Positions 18,911 to 28,973 are shown, counted from the stretch's first letter. The stretch: DNA of 64,000 nucleotides from Vulcanimicrobiota bacterium (GCA_050250895.1 JBFWNU010000001.1:1032008-1096007), one strand, 5' to 3'. The notes: generated by a model not told the origin, from the sequence alone. Made by a program: numbers and translations.

Positions 18911-20633
18911 GGTGATGAATCACGATGCTGTCCAGTTCGCTCACCTTCAAAGCCGTGTTCAAGCGGTCGCGCATCGCTTCCACCTGATCGTCGGCCAGAG
19001 ACTGGTTGGCCGTCACCGTGATGATCCGCCCTCCCCCGGGCTTGGACTGGACCTGGATGGTCACTCCAAAATCGCGCTCCAGAGAGGTCACCGGGTCTAC
19101 CACAGCCACTTGAGGAACCGCCCCGGCCCCGGACTGCCGCCCAGAAGCACGAGCCCCGGGAACACCCAGACTATCTTCGACTCCGATATTACTGACCACG
19201 TTCGGTTTGGCACTGGCCACCGGAGCACTGCGAGGAGCGTTGGCGTGATAGCTGGCCCCAGAACTCGTCTCTCCCACCGCCATCCCGCTCACCGTCTCGC
19301 TGGCCGGGGTCTGAGCCGTTTCGCGTCTCCCTTGATAGCCGGCGCTGAGCTTGGCGCGTTCATTGGCAGGCTCGTCGCGGCGAACCTCGCTTTCGACGCT
19401 CTTCTTGGGCTTTAGGGCCGAGACGGCATTGCCGGTTTGGTCCCGCTCGTCGGCGAACTGGTCGGCCCCGGGCTGGCTGGCAGCCGGTGCGGCAGCCGCA
19501 ACCTTGGCCTCCTGCGCTTTTGGCGTTTCGGGCATCTTCTTGACGGCCGGAACGCGGGGCTTGATCACGGGCTCGGGCAGCTTCTCGAGGTCGAATTCCT
19601 CCTCGTCTCCCTCAAGAATCCCATCATCCATCTGACCGGCTACCACCCGCCGGCGGCGGGTATAGTCCACGGCCGGAAGCAACTCTGCGTCCTTGTCTTG
19701 CGGGGCGTCTAGATCCTCAGCCAACTGTTCTTCGCGAGCCATCTTGGCGCGAGACTTGTAGCGCTCGGGCACGACCACGGCCACTTCCTTGGCCTGGGGC
19801 TCGTCGGTCTTGGCGGTCGACTCGGCCGGGGGCGACTTGAGCTGCTCCAGCGCCTCTCGAGCCCGCGTCTCCTCGTCGCTGGTGACATACAGGCCCTCGC
19901 CTTTGACCGCATACTTGACCTTGTGGTCGAGCAACTGGCGAGCCTGCTTGCGCAACTCCTCGGGATTCTCCGAGTCGGACACCCGCACCCCGAAGGTCAG
20001 TGGCTCAGGGGCCTCGGCCTCGGGACTGGGACGAGTCATGGTGGCCACCCCGGGCTCGGCTGTAGGCCTGTTCTTGTTGGTATAGACCATGCCGAAACAA
20101 AGCGCCACCAGACAAGTGGCTACGGCCACGAACGGCTTGGGATTAAGCGTACCTAGAGCGGCCAGCAAGCGCGGCCACCAGCCCACCTCTCGCTTCTCTT
20201 TGGCCGGGGTACCGTGATTGGCCAGGAAAGCCTTCCGGAGCGCCTCTGGCATGGACCCGGGACTAGCTTCGCCAGCCTCAGCCCGGGCCATTTCCTGGTC
20301 GAGCTCGCGCAACAGCACAGCTTCTCTCTGGGCCGAAGGAGAGTCCGCCAGTTTCAGCCGCAGAGACTTGCGCTCGTCGGGCGATAGATCGTCGGCCTGA
20401 TAGACTAGCTTGAGTAACTCGTCGGGAGTCACCACCGCCTCGGGCAGGCCGTGGCCAGCGATGCGATAAGCCGCCCGCAGCGACCCAATCGCCTCTTCGA
20501 TGCCCGCCAACTCCTCGGCCGCTCCACTGTCGGTCCGCAACAGTTCTTCTACCTCTTCGGCCTCGGCAGGGTTGAGCACCCCTTCGAGGTAGGGCACGAA
20601 TCGCTCGGATAGTTTATCTTGGTCCGATTCCAC
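18900..20633 (-). CDS. Putative membrane-anchored anti-sigma factor
   Basis: Follows an ECF sigma; N-terminal YLEGVLNPAEAEEVEELL anti-sigma-like helix; single TM; long low-complexity external part. Confidence 0.65.
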   Translation of the reverse strand: MESDQDKLSERFVPYLEGVLNPAEAEEVEELLRTDSGAAEELAGIEEAIGSLRAAYRIAGHGLPEAVVTPDELLKLVYQADDLSPDERKSLRLKLADSPSAQREAVLLRELDQEMARAEAGEASPGSMPEALRKAFLANHGTPAKEKREVGWWPRLLAALGTLNPKPFVAVATCLVALCFGMVYTNKNRPTAEPGVATMTRPSPEAEAPEPLTFGVRVSDSENPEELRKQARQLLDHKVKYAVKGEGLYVTSDEETRAREALEQLKSPPAESTAKTDEPQAKEVAVVVPERYKSRAKMAREEQLAEDLDAPQDKDAELLPAVDYTRRRRVVAGQMDDGILEGDEEEFDLEKLPEPVIKPRVPAVKKMPETPKAQEAKVAAAAPAASQPGADQFADERDQTGNAVSALKPKKSVESEVRRDEPANERAKLSAGYQGRRETAQTPASETVSGMAVGETSSGASYHANAPRSAPVASAKPNVVSNIGVEDSLGVPGARASGRQSGAGAVPQVAVVDPVTSLERDFGVTIQVQSKPGGGRIITVTANQSLADDQVEAMRDRLNTALKVSELDSIVIHHLEP

Positions 20634-20696
20634 GTTCTACCATCTCACATTCCCGGCTTCTGCCAACTTTGTCGCAAACCGGAGACGTACATTCCC

Positions 20697-21296
20697 CTAA
20701 ACTTTTTCTTTCTTCTCGAGTTTCGCCCTCAGCTTGGTCAGGCATCGTTTGAGTCGCGAACAAACCGTGCCCAGCGGCAGTTCGAGGATGTCGCAAATCT
20801 CGTTGTAAGACAACTCACGATAGTAGCGAAGCTTGATGATCTGCTGGCAGTCGCCGCCCAGGGCTTCGAGGCAATCCATCACTCGTCCGGCGTCGTCGTC
20901 CGACATCACCAACTCCTCGGGTCCAGGACCCGGCTCCACCGCCAACGCACGCGGCCCGTCCTGATGACCCTTGCCCTCTTCCAGCTCGTAGCCGAGTTCT
21001 TCCTGACCCCGTTTGAGCGCGGTCTTGCGACGCAAATTCGAAATGCACCGGTTGCGAGCCAGGCGATCGAGAAAGGTTCCGAGTTTGGCATCACCACGAA
21101 AACGAGGCAAACTGCGAACGAGTTCAAGAAAGACCTCTTGAACGGCGTCCTCGACCTCGTTTACGGAAAACCCCCATCGCTTCCACCCGATGACTCGACG
21201 AACCCGTGAATAATAGCTCTTGTAGAGCATCTCCCAGGCGGTGGAATCACCATCGAGACAGCGCTGGATCAACTCAGCCTCGCTAGGTTTGGTCAT
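20697..21296 (-). CDS. ECF RNA polymerase sigma factor
   Basis: AWEMLY, EDAVQEVF (region 2); LSYNEICDILELPLGTVCSRLKR (region 4). Confidence 0.95.
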   Translation of the reverse strand: MTKPSEAELIQRCLDGDSTAWEMLYKSYYSRVRRVIGWKRWGFSVNEVEDAVQEVFLELVRSLPRFRGDAKLGTFLDRLARNRCISNLRRKTALKRGQEELGYELEEGKGHQDGPRALAVEPGPGPEELVMSDDDAGRVMDCLEALGGDCQQIIKLRYYRELSYNEICDILELPLGTVCSRLKRCLTKLRAKLEKKEKV

Positions 21297-21431
21297 GGTG
21301 CACTGGCCCAGGATTTTTGGACTTTAGCGATCGATTCCTCCAACTCGCGATCGAACAAACCGGAGGAGATACGATCCTGCCAGAGAATAAGAGGCGTGCG
21401 CTCGTGACGGGCGCTCCAAGAGGAGGAAAGA

Positions 21432-22193
21432 ATGTTAGGAGATACGATCACACTCGCCTATAACATGAGAGAGGGGGAGTCTCTGCGTTATAAGACCGAG
21501 GTCCTCTCCGAGCAAACCATGAAAGAGGATGGCAAATCGCCTCAAACCGGCACTTCCCTCCTCGAGATGACCATGTTGCAGGCGGTCAAGCAAGTCACCC
21601 CCGATGGCCAGATGAAAGTGGCTGTCACCATCGAGAGTGGCTCAATAAAGAAAGACGGCCAGGTAGCTCCCCTGCCTTCGGTCGGTCAGACCATTAACAT
21701 CGTGATGGAGAAGTCGGGCAAAATCGTCCAAACCGACGTGCCCTTCCCCTTCAGCCAACCGGCCTTCCCCACCGATCCCGTCGGTATGAACCAGAGCTGG
21801 ACCGGCAAGTCCGAGATGGACATCCCTTTGTATGACGACGCTGGCAACGAGACCGGCAAGAAACAGGTCACGCTCAACTACGAGTACACCCTGGGCGGCT
21901 TCGAGCATCAACTCGGCTACGAAACCGCCGTCATCAATGTGAAGTGTCCATCCACCAGCATCGAGCTTCAAGAGGGCATCACCCAGACCATTAAAGCCAA
22001 CGGTGTCACCAACTTCGGCCACAAACAGGGCCGCTTGATTCGGTCCAAGGTATCCACCGAGACCGAGATCACAGCCCCTGGCGCCACTGTCGGCACCAAG
22101 ATCAAAGTGAACGTAGAATTGGTAGACGCCAGCAGCGGTCCTAGCGAGGGCGGCGGCGGCATCGGCTCCGACGAGCAGTTCATCATCCGCTAA
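21432..22193 (+). CDS. Beta-rich hypothetical protein (DUF6263-like), no signal peptide
   Basis: Strong RBS AGGAGGA; LAYNMREGESLRY and FPTDPVGMNQSW motifs. Confidence 0.65.
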   Translation: MLGDTITLAYNMREGESLRYKTEVLSEQTMKEDGKSPQTGTSLLEMTMLQAVKQVTPDGQMKVAVTIESGSIKKDGQVAPLPSVGQTINIVMEKSGKIVQTDVPFPFSQPAFPTDPVGMNQSWTGKSEMDIPLYDDAGNETGKKQVTLNYEYTLGGFEHQLGYETAVINVKCPSTSIELQEGITQTIKANGVTNFGHKQGRLIRSKVSTETEITAPGATVGTKIKVNVELVDASSGPSEGGGGIGSDEQFIIR

Positions 22194-22210
22194 TCCCGGA
22201 TCGACAACCG

Positions 22211-22242
22211 AAAAGAGAGAGAGGCCTGTCTCTCTCTTTTTT
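22211..22242 (+). terminator. Intrinsic terminator
   Basis: AAAAGAGAGAGA...TCTCTCTCTTTTTT inverted repeat right after the stop codon. Confidence 0.75.
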
Positions 22243-22283
22243 CATTTAACGCTCTTGTGACGCCGGGGCGGTAAAGTTTCCTC

Positions 22284-22341
22284 AGTGAGATGAGATTGGT
22301 TGGACCTAACGCCCCGGCGAAAGCCGGGGCTTTTTCTTTTT
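22284..22341 (+). ncRNA. Candidate ~55-nt small RNA
   Basis: -10-like TAAAGT at 22272-22277; strong GCCCCGGC-GAAA-GCCGGGGC-TTTTTCTTTTT terminator with no ORF to terminate. Confidence 0.4.
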
Positions 22342-22515
22342 CCACCGAGGTTTCCTGACTTCATTGCATCCGCTGCCGAGCACTATACGCCTCACCCCTC
22401 AACTTCTCAGGGATGCGAAGCTTTCATTCCGGCGGGCCGCCAGTGTGGCTCGCCAGTGGCGCGCCTGAGAAATAAACCGCGGAGATCAGATCAGGGGGCG
22501 GTGGGTGAGCGTCCT

Positions 22516-22880
22516 GGCGACCACCTGGTGCCGCACCGCCGCCGTCAGCCTGGGTGGCTCGACCACGGGGCCGGCCGACTTCCGCACGGAAGAGCAACCT
22601 CGACCGAGTACGGCGCTACCACGTGCCGAATCCGGCACCAACTGGTGCCGTACCCGTACCGCCGCGGCAGCCTGGGTGGCTCGATCACGGTCGCGGGCAA
22701 GCCGACTTCCGCGCGGAAGAGCAACCTCGACCAAGTACGGCGCTACCAAGTGCCGAATCCGGCACCACCTGGTGCCGTACCGCCGCCGGCCGCCGGCCAG
22801 CCTGGCTAGTGGGTAGTTCGGCGACGGTCGCGGGGCAAGCCGACTTCCGCACGGAAGAGGGGAAGAGCAAACTCGCCCGA
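22516..22880. repeat. Imperfect tandem array of about three 117-127 bp palindrome-containing units (REP/BIME-like)
   Basis: CCA(C/A)CTGGTGCCG at 22521, 22638 and 22765; GCCGACTTCCGC(A/G)CGGAAGAG at 22574, 22701 and 22839. Confidence 0.85.
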
Positions 22881-22934
22881 CCTCCCCGCGGAAGCCGCGG
22901 TTCGTCTTAAACCTTGAGCCAGACAGCGCAAAAC

Positions 22935-22965
22935 AAAAAAGGCCCCACTCGAAACGAGTGGGGCC
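22935..22965 (-). terminator. Intrinsic terminator of SLH-porin 1
   Basis: AAAAAA-GGCCCCACTCG-AAA-CGAGTGGGGCC. Confidence 0.85.
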
Positions 22966-22979
22966 TTCCTAGACAAGGC

Positions 22980-25703
22980 CTAGAACTTCACTGACACCGA
23001 CGAGGTGATCTGGATGCCTTCCCAACTGAAGGGATGGACAGCCTGAGCACCGTTGTTGATGTTCAGTGAGGGCAGGGTAGGATTGCTGAAGACGTAAGCC
23101 GGAACGTGGTCCTTGAAGCTGTAGTAGCGGGCATCCGCACTCCAGATCACGTCATCGTGAATCTCCCAGTCGAAGCCAATCTCGGGCCAGGTTTCGGTGA
23201 TGTCAACGTTGTTAAAACGGGTCTGACCAGAAGCCTCGGCAAAGAGGTTGTCTACGCCGAGCGGGTCGAGATGGCCGTAAATGTCGACATTGGTGAAACC
23301 GATGCGGCCGGTGAAGTCTTCGGAGAAGTCGTAATCAGCCTCGACATGCCAACCGACGAACGACAGGTCCACGAAGTTCTGGTTCTCGGCTTGGGTGCCG
23401 GCACCAGGGAATCCGAGGTTGCGCCCGATGGCCTGCATGTTGCTGGCACGCTCGAAGTCGAGCCACTTGAATCCACCTTTGAGGGTAAATCCGCGGTTGT
23501 TGTTAGCTTCGTCGAACAGCCACTTGTGGCCGGCCGAGAAGTAGAGGTTCTCGACTTTACCCTTGTTGTCTTCGAGGGGCACGGCGAACGCGTTGCCGCC
23601 AGAAGCAGCGAACGTGGCCGGGTGATAACCGCCGAAGAGGGGCTCCATCCAACCGGGCGAGAAGCCGAGCACCGGGGTGTTGGGCGTGCCTGGAGCGATG
23701 GAATTGGTCGAAAAACGGACATCCTGCAACGAGCTGACCTTCTGGGTCAGGTTACCGTACTCGATGCTGGCCCGACCGGTGGGCCGGAACTTCCAGGTCG
23801 CCTTGGCCCGGAAGCCCTCACGGTTGTGAGGCAGAGCCTTGGTGTTGTGCAACGAGTAGAGGTTGTTGAAGTAGTGGAAGTCCGGAGTGTGCCACAAAGG
23901 CGTCGAGATTCCACCGATGGTGGGAATCTGAATCAAGAAGGGCGAGTAACGGGGATCGACAGACAGGTAGTGGATGTCGACATCGAGGTCACCGTTCAAC
24001 AGAAGGGCACTAGCACCGAGCTTGAAGGCGTCGCCGTCAGCTGAGTAGCTGGAGTTCTTCTGGGGACGGTACTCGGAGTGACCGTACTCACCATAGATCT
24101 TGGGCTGAAACTCGTTATCGAACTCATAGGAGAATCCGATACCATAGCTGGTCTGGTCCTGAGGACCAACACCACCGACGTTGGGGACGCCCTGCGGAAG
24201 CAGGCCGGCGTTTACGGCGGCGGCCAGAGAGCCGTCAGCATTGAACACGGCGTTGGTGGGCACCGGGCGAACGTCGCCCGTGCTGCCAATACCGCCCACG
24301 TTCAGGCTGCCAACTCCACCGATCTGGTTCACGTAGAATCCGTTGGGATTGACCCAGTTCACCAGGGTGTTCAGGTTCGGGTTCTGAATCAGACCCACGG
24401 TCCGAGCCGCTCCGTTAGAAGCGTCATCGGCGGCGTGCAAAAAGTTGAAGCTGATGTGACCGCGCTCCTGATGGAAACGCAGCGCCAGCTTCAGACCTTC
24501 GGCGTGACTGAAGTAGGAAGCACCGACGCCCGGCGTGCCGGGGGTGACCGAACCGGTGTTGCCGTCAGGCAAAACCGTGCCCATCACCTGCCACTCGATG
24601 TTCATGTCTTCTTCGTCATCGATGGGGAACTCGCCGTCGACCAGGAAACCGTAGTTTTCCAGGTGCTCCGGCCCGTACTGATTGGGGTTGAGCATGCCGA
24701 CGTAGATCGAGTCGTTGAACTCGTGCTCGGAATAGGCGCCCAGAATCAGCTTGGTCTTGCTAGGATGGTGCTCGATCCAGAAGCGGTCGAGGGTCATCCG
24801 AGTGAACGGCTGATTGTTGAGCGGCTGAACACCGGCGAAACCGTTGACCGAAGTCGCGGTAAAGTTGTTCGACAGGTAGGGAGCCTGAACACCATAGTAG
24901 GCATCCACGATGGCATCGCCCTGCGAACTGTATGCGCTGAACTCGGCGCCAGCATCAATCTCGTCGTTGATCTTGATGTTGAGACCGAGAATACCACGCA
25001 TGGTGAAACCGGTCCCGCTGGTGAGCGGACGGCCGGTTTGCCAGTTGGTGGTGGTCAAGGCACCCGTTGCAAACGGATTGAAGACGGGAACGGGCCGCTG
25101 CATGGTCGGCGGGCCGCCCGGGGCTTCAGCCGGCACGGGGGCCGGGAAGCCTGGCAACAGGCCACCGGCTGCAACCGTCGAGCCAACGGCGGCATTATAG
25201 TCAAGGGTGTTGAAAGTGATGCCGGGCAGCAAACTGCGCATGGCATCGCGACCGGAATTCCGGAAGCTCTGGAAAGCTACGCGGGTGTCCACGGAGCCGT
25301 AGAACGTGATGCGCTCGAGTTCGGTAACTCGCTTGTCGATGCGACCGACGTTCTCCTCAAGATTTGTAACACGAACGCCGAGGGCGTCCAGTTCTTCGCG
25401 CAAGGCGTCGGCAAGTTTCCTGAGTTCCTCGAGCTCAGCTTTGGTTGCAAAGGTCGCGTGCGCCTGCTCCATCTTGGCCAGCAGGCGGGCAACGATCATG
25501 GCAACTTCCCAACGGGAAGCGGCCCGATCACCTTTGAACGTTCCATCCGGATATCCCTCGACCAGACCCTTAGCCGCCAAAGCGGCCACAGCGTCCTTCG
25601 CCCAGTGGGCGTCGGGAACATCCGGAAACAGCGGAGCCGAGAAAGCAGGACCAACAAGCGCGACACAAAGCAGCGTTACTATCGCAGCGATATGACGTCT
25701 CAC
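22980..25703 (-). CDS. SLH-domain outer-membrane beta-barrel protein (OmpM/SomA-like), paralog 1
   Basis: Signal peptide; SLH motif FPDVPDAHWA..GLVEGYPDGTFKG; coiled coil; barrel ending VSVKF; GTG 25703 after AAGGAGG. Confidence 0.9.
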   Translation of the reverse strand: MRRHIAAIVTLLCVALVGPAFSAPLFPDVPDAHWAKDAVAALAAKGLVEGYPDGTFKGDRAASRWEVAMIVARLLAKMEQAHATFATKAELEELRKLADALREELDALGVRVTNLEENVGRIDKRVTELERITFYGSVDTRVAFQSFRNSGRDAMRSLLPGITFNTLDYNAAVGSTVAAGGLLPGFPAPVPAEAPGGPPTMQRPVPVFNPFATGALTTTNWQTGRPLTSGTGFTMRGILGLNIKINDEIDAGAEFSAYSSQGDAIVDAYYGVQAPYLSNNFTATSVNGFAGVQPLNNQPFTRMTLDRFWIEHHPSKTKLILGAYSEHEFNDSIYVGMLNPNQYGPEHLENYGFLVDGEFPIDDEEDMNIEWQVMGTVLPDGNTGSVTPGTPGVGASYFSHAEGLKLALRFHQERGHISFNFLHAADDASNGAARTVGLIQNPNLNTLVNWVNPNGFYVNQIGGVGSLNVGGIGSTGDVRPVPTNAVFNADGSLAAAVNAGLLPQGVPNVGGVGPQDQTSYGIGFSYEFDNEFQPKIYGEYGHSEYRPQKNSSYSADGDAFKLGASALLLNGDLDVDIHYLSVDPRYSPFLIQIPTIGGISTPLWHTPDFHYFNNLYSLHNTKALPHNREGFRAKATWKFRPTGRASIEYGNLTQKVSSLQDVRFSTNSIAPGTPNTPVLGFSPGWMEPLFGGYHPATFAASGGNAFAVPLEDNKGKVENLYFSAGHKWLFDEANNNRGFTLKGGFKWLDFERASNMQAIGRNLGFPGAGTQAENQNFVDLSFVGWHVEADYDFSEDFTGRIGFTNVDIYGHLDPLGVDNLFAEASGQTRFNNVDITETWPEIGFDWEIHDDVIWSADARYYSFKDHVPAYVFSNPTLPSLNINNGAQAVHPFSWEGIQITSSVSVKF

Positions 25704-26026
25704 AACGTCTGCCTCCTTTGTTAGGTTCGTTCTGACAAGACAGGAGAGCGTCGCGCGAGCTTCTCGAAGTTTCCTCTGCGACCCAGAGACCCTATCCCCA
25801 TCAAAACCACTCCAATGATCTCGCCCCCCCACAAGGATGCCAATCCAGGCCGGTTAGCCTCTACCACATACCAGGTGGTTGAGCGAGTTGAAAATTGAGA
25901 AAAGCTCAATTTTCCGGCTTGACCCCTTCGTCGCAGATTTCCCCTTCTCCTCTAGGAGGAACGAGAACTTTGATACTGGCCCAAATCGTGTTGACCGGCC
26001 CGCCCCGTAGTTCAAGACGCCGCCGG

Positions 26027-26075
26027 CCAGGTGGTGCCGTCCTCGGGCGAGGTTTGCTCTTCCGTGCTTCCGTGC
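26027..26075 (-). repeat. Inverted partial copy of the 22.5-kb repeat unit
   Basis: Minus strand reads GCACGGAAGAGCAAACCTCGCCCGAGGACGGCACCACCTGG. Confidence 0.7.
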
Positions 26076-26356
26076 TTGAGCGCCTGAGAGTGGTCTCCAT
26101 ATTGATAGGGATCGGGCAACCACCGAGCCACCGCCGTTTTGAGCACCCCGTTCGATGGGGCAAACCCCAAACCCATAAATTCGCCAGGACGCTCACCCCA
26201 CGCCCCCCCACAACCCTCTCCGTGCTCTCCCGATCTCCGCGGTCGATTTCTCAGGCGCCCCACTGGCGTGCCACACCGACCTGTGCTTCGACCACGCGCC
26301 GCGCCGCCACGACAGACGCGCTTCAGGCACCGCTTACCTGGTGGGGTCTAAAAAAT

Positions 26357-26384
26357 AAAAAAAGAGCCCGCCGAAGCGGGCTCT
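26357..26384 (-). terminator. Intrinsic terminator of SLH-porin 2
   Basis: A-run then AGAGCCCGC-CGAA-GCGGGCTCT. Confidence 0.85.
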
Positions 26385-26405
26385 CCTATCCAGTTTGGCC
26401 TAGTA

Positions 26406-28973
26406 TTAGAACTTGACGCGGAACTGGGTGCTGACCTGCCAGCCATTCCACTCGAACGGGTTCTGAGTGCGGCCGATGGCGTCGTTGGTCAGGGTCGTAG
26501 GAACGTTGCTGCCGCTGTCCGTGCTGTAGTAGCGGAAGTCCATGTTCCAGGTGGTGTTTTCCGACACGTCGTAGTCGAACCCGATGAACGGGATGAACTG
26601 ATCGCTGTCGATATTGGTGAACGTGCTGCTGCCGGTGGAGATGGCGAAGTTGTTGTAAACACCAGCCGGGTCGTAGTGACCGTCGATGGTTACGACATCA
26701 GCACCGCCACGGAGCGTCCACTGGTCGCTGGCTTCCCAAGCGACTTCGCCGTGGATGTTCTGAACGTTCAGGTCGATGTGGTTCTGGCTGCCGCCGAAGC
26801 CGGGGGCCAGGCTGGTGCGACGGAGATACTCGTTGCGCTCGAAGCCCAGGTCGAGTTTGACCCGAGGATCGTCGAACTTGTAGGTCACGCCGAGACCATA
26901 CTGGTCGTGGCTACCGGAGGGATTCTCCAGGGGCTGCAGGCTGTTGGTGAACGAGTTACCCGAACCGGCGCCATAGATGGCGGGGTGAGCGTAACCGGCG
27001 AACACCGGGTCGATGAAACCAGGGGACATACCGATGACGACGTTGGTCGGGGCACCATTGCCCAGGCCATTGGTCAGCACGCGGACGTCATAGAGGCTGG
27101 TCTCTTTCTGGTCCAGGAAGCCGAGCTTGGCCCAAACGGCGCCGCGACGCTCAGCAAAGCGCCAGGTGCCTTTGAGGCGGAAACCTTCACGGTTGTGAGG
27201 GTATTTCTCGGTGTCGTGGAGCGAGTAGAGGTTGGTGAAGTAGTGAATGTTGGGGAGACGAACCACGCCCAGCCCGCCGTAAGACAGGATGAAGGGGTCG
27301 TAGGTCGCATCCACGGTCAGGTACTCAGCCGCGATGTCCAGGTCGCCGTCGAACAGGTTGGCGCCGACGCCGAAGCGGACAGCGTCACCGTCCACGTCGT
27401 AGGACGAGTTGCGGTTAGGCTTGTAGACCGAGTGGGCCCAGTCAGCGTTGATGTAGACCTGGTCGCCATCAGCGATGTCCCACTTATATTCGCCGGAGAT
27501 ACCGTAGCTGTTCATCGACTGGGGGCCGAGGCCGCCGCCGGCGCCACCGATGCTGTTGTCAGCAACGGTGTTCCAACCAGGAATCGGGCGCTGATCGACG
27601 GTCGAGCCGAAGCCGCCGTTGATCTGGTTAAACTGCGAGGTCTGCGCGGCGAAGAAGCCGGGCGGGTTGACCCACTGCAGCGGGGTGAAACCGGTGGAAC
27701 CGGCGTAGTCGACGTTGACGGGGAAGAAACCACCGCCACCGACGCCACCGACGGTCAGAGGAGCACCAGCGGCCGACTCTTGAGCCACGCGGGCAAAGTT
27801 GACTTTGACGTAGCCACCCTCGAACTCGAGAGCAGCGTCAGCGCCGAGCAGGAAGTTTTCGTAACCGATGAAGTTGGCGCCGGTAGCGGCGTCACCCAGG
27901 CGGGTGCCGAGAACTTCCCAGTGGAACACACCCCAGTCCTCGAGGTCTACGTGACCGCTGAGGTCGAAACCATAGCTGTCGTTGTAGCGAGAACCGAAAG
28001 CGCTGGGATTGTACTGGCCGGCGTAAATGACGTCGTCCAGCATATCTTCACCGAAAGCACCGAGAACCAACTTGGTCTGGGACGGGTTGTGAACCACCCA
28101 GAAGTTGTCCAGGTTCATGCGGGTGAAAGGAGCGTTGGTGAGGTTCTGGCCGGTAGCGAAGCTCGCACCGGTGAACGGGTTCGAAAGGAACGGAGCCTGA
28201 GCGCCCCAGAAAGCGTCGACAACGGCGTCGCCCTGGGAACTGTAGGCCGAGAACTCAGCGCCGGCGTCGATGTCTTCGGAAACGCGGATGCGCAGACCGA
28301 GGACAGCGTTCATGGTGAAGCCGGTACCGTTGGTGAGAGGACGACCGTTACGGAAGTCGATCACCGGGAGAACACCGTTGACGGCCGGATTGAGGGCGGC
28401 GCCGCCGCCACTGCCGACGAGGGTGTTATAGTTGAGGAAGCCGGTGGTGCCGATGGGGCCGGGGCCGGGCACGGCAACATTGCCGCCGCCGTTGCGCAGA
28501 CCGTCGTTATCAAAACGACCGCCATTGCTGAACGACTGGAACACGGCAACCGCTTCGACTTCACCATAGAAGGTGATCCGCTCGAGTTCGGTGACTCGCT
28601 TGTCGATGCGGCTAACTTTCTCTTCGAGGTTGGTCACGCGCACGCCGAGAGCGTCGAGCTCTTCACGGAGGGCGTTGACCAGTTTGCGCAGTTCTTCTAG
28701 CTCTGCCTTGGTAGCGAAGGTAGCGTGAGCTTGCTCCATCTTCGCCAGGAGACGAGCGACGATCATCGCTACTTCCCAGCGGGTAGCAGCGCGGTCACCT
28801 TTGAACGTCCCGTCGGGATAACCTTCGACCAGACCCTTAGCAGCGAGAGCCGCTACGGCGTCTTTGGCCCAGTGGTTATCGGGCACGTCGGGGAACAAAG
28901 GAGCCGACATCGCCGGCAGCGCCATGGCAAAAAGCAGCACAGAAGCAACTAGCGACAGTACATGTCTCTTCAT
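26406..28973 (-). CDS. SLH-domain outer-membrane beta-barrel protein, paralog 2
   Basis: SLH and coiled coil nearly identical to paralog 1; shared PHNREGFR motif; ends FRVKF. Confidence 0.92.
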   Translation of the reverse strand: MKRHVLSLVASVLLFAMALPAMSAPLFPDVPDNHWAKDAVAALAAKGLVEGYPDGTFKGDRAATRWEVAMIVARLLAKMEQAHATFATKAELEELRKLVNALREELDALGVRVTNLEEKVSRIDKRVTELERITFYGEVEAVAVFQSFSNGGRFDNDGLRNGGGNVAVPGPGPIGTTGFLNYNTLVGSGGGAALNPAVNGVLPVIDFRNGRPLTNGTGFTMNAVLGLRIRVSEDIDAGAEFSAYSSQGDAVVDAFWGAQAPFLSNPFTGASFATGQNLTNAPFTRMNLDNFWVVHNPSQTKLVLGAFGEDMLDDVIYAGQYNPSAFGSRYNDSYGFDLSGHVDLEDWGVFHWEVLGTRLGDAATGANFIGYENFLLGADAALEFEGGYVKVNFARVAQESAAGAPLTVGGVGGGGFFPVNVDYAGSTGFTPLQWVNPPGFFAAQTSQFNQINGGFGSTVDQRPIPGWNTVADNSIGGAGGGLGPQSMNSYGISGEYKWDIADGDQVYINADWAHSVYKPNRNSSYDVDGDAVRFGVGANLFDGDLDIAAEYLTVDATYDPFILSYGGLGVVRLPNIHYFTNLYSLHDTEKYPHNREGFRLKGTWRFAERRGAVWAKLGFLDQKETSLYDVRVLTNGLGNGAPTNVVIGMSPGFIDPVFAGYAHPAIYGAGSGNSFTNSLQPLENPSGSHDQYGLGVTYKFDDPRVKLDLGFERNEYLRRTSLAPGFGGSQNHIDLNVQNIHGEVAWEASDQWTLRGGADVVTIDGHYDPAGVYNNFAISTGSSTFTNIDSDQFIPFIGFDYDVSENTTWNMDFRYYSTDSGSNVPTTLTNDAIGRTQNPFEWNGWQVSTQFRVKF

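Noticed and set aside
22516-22880. Possible CRISPR array or protein-coding repeat
   Set aside because: No constant 23-47 bp repeat with unique spacers, no cas genes in the window, and indels between units shift the reading frames
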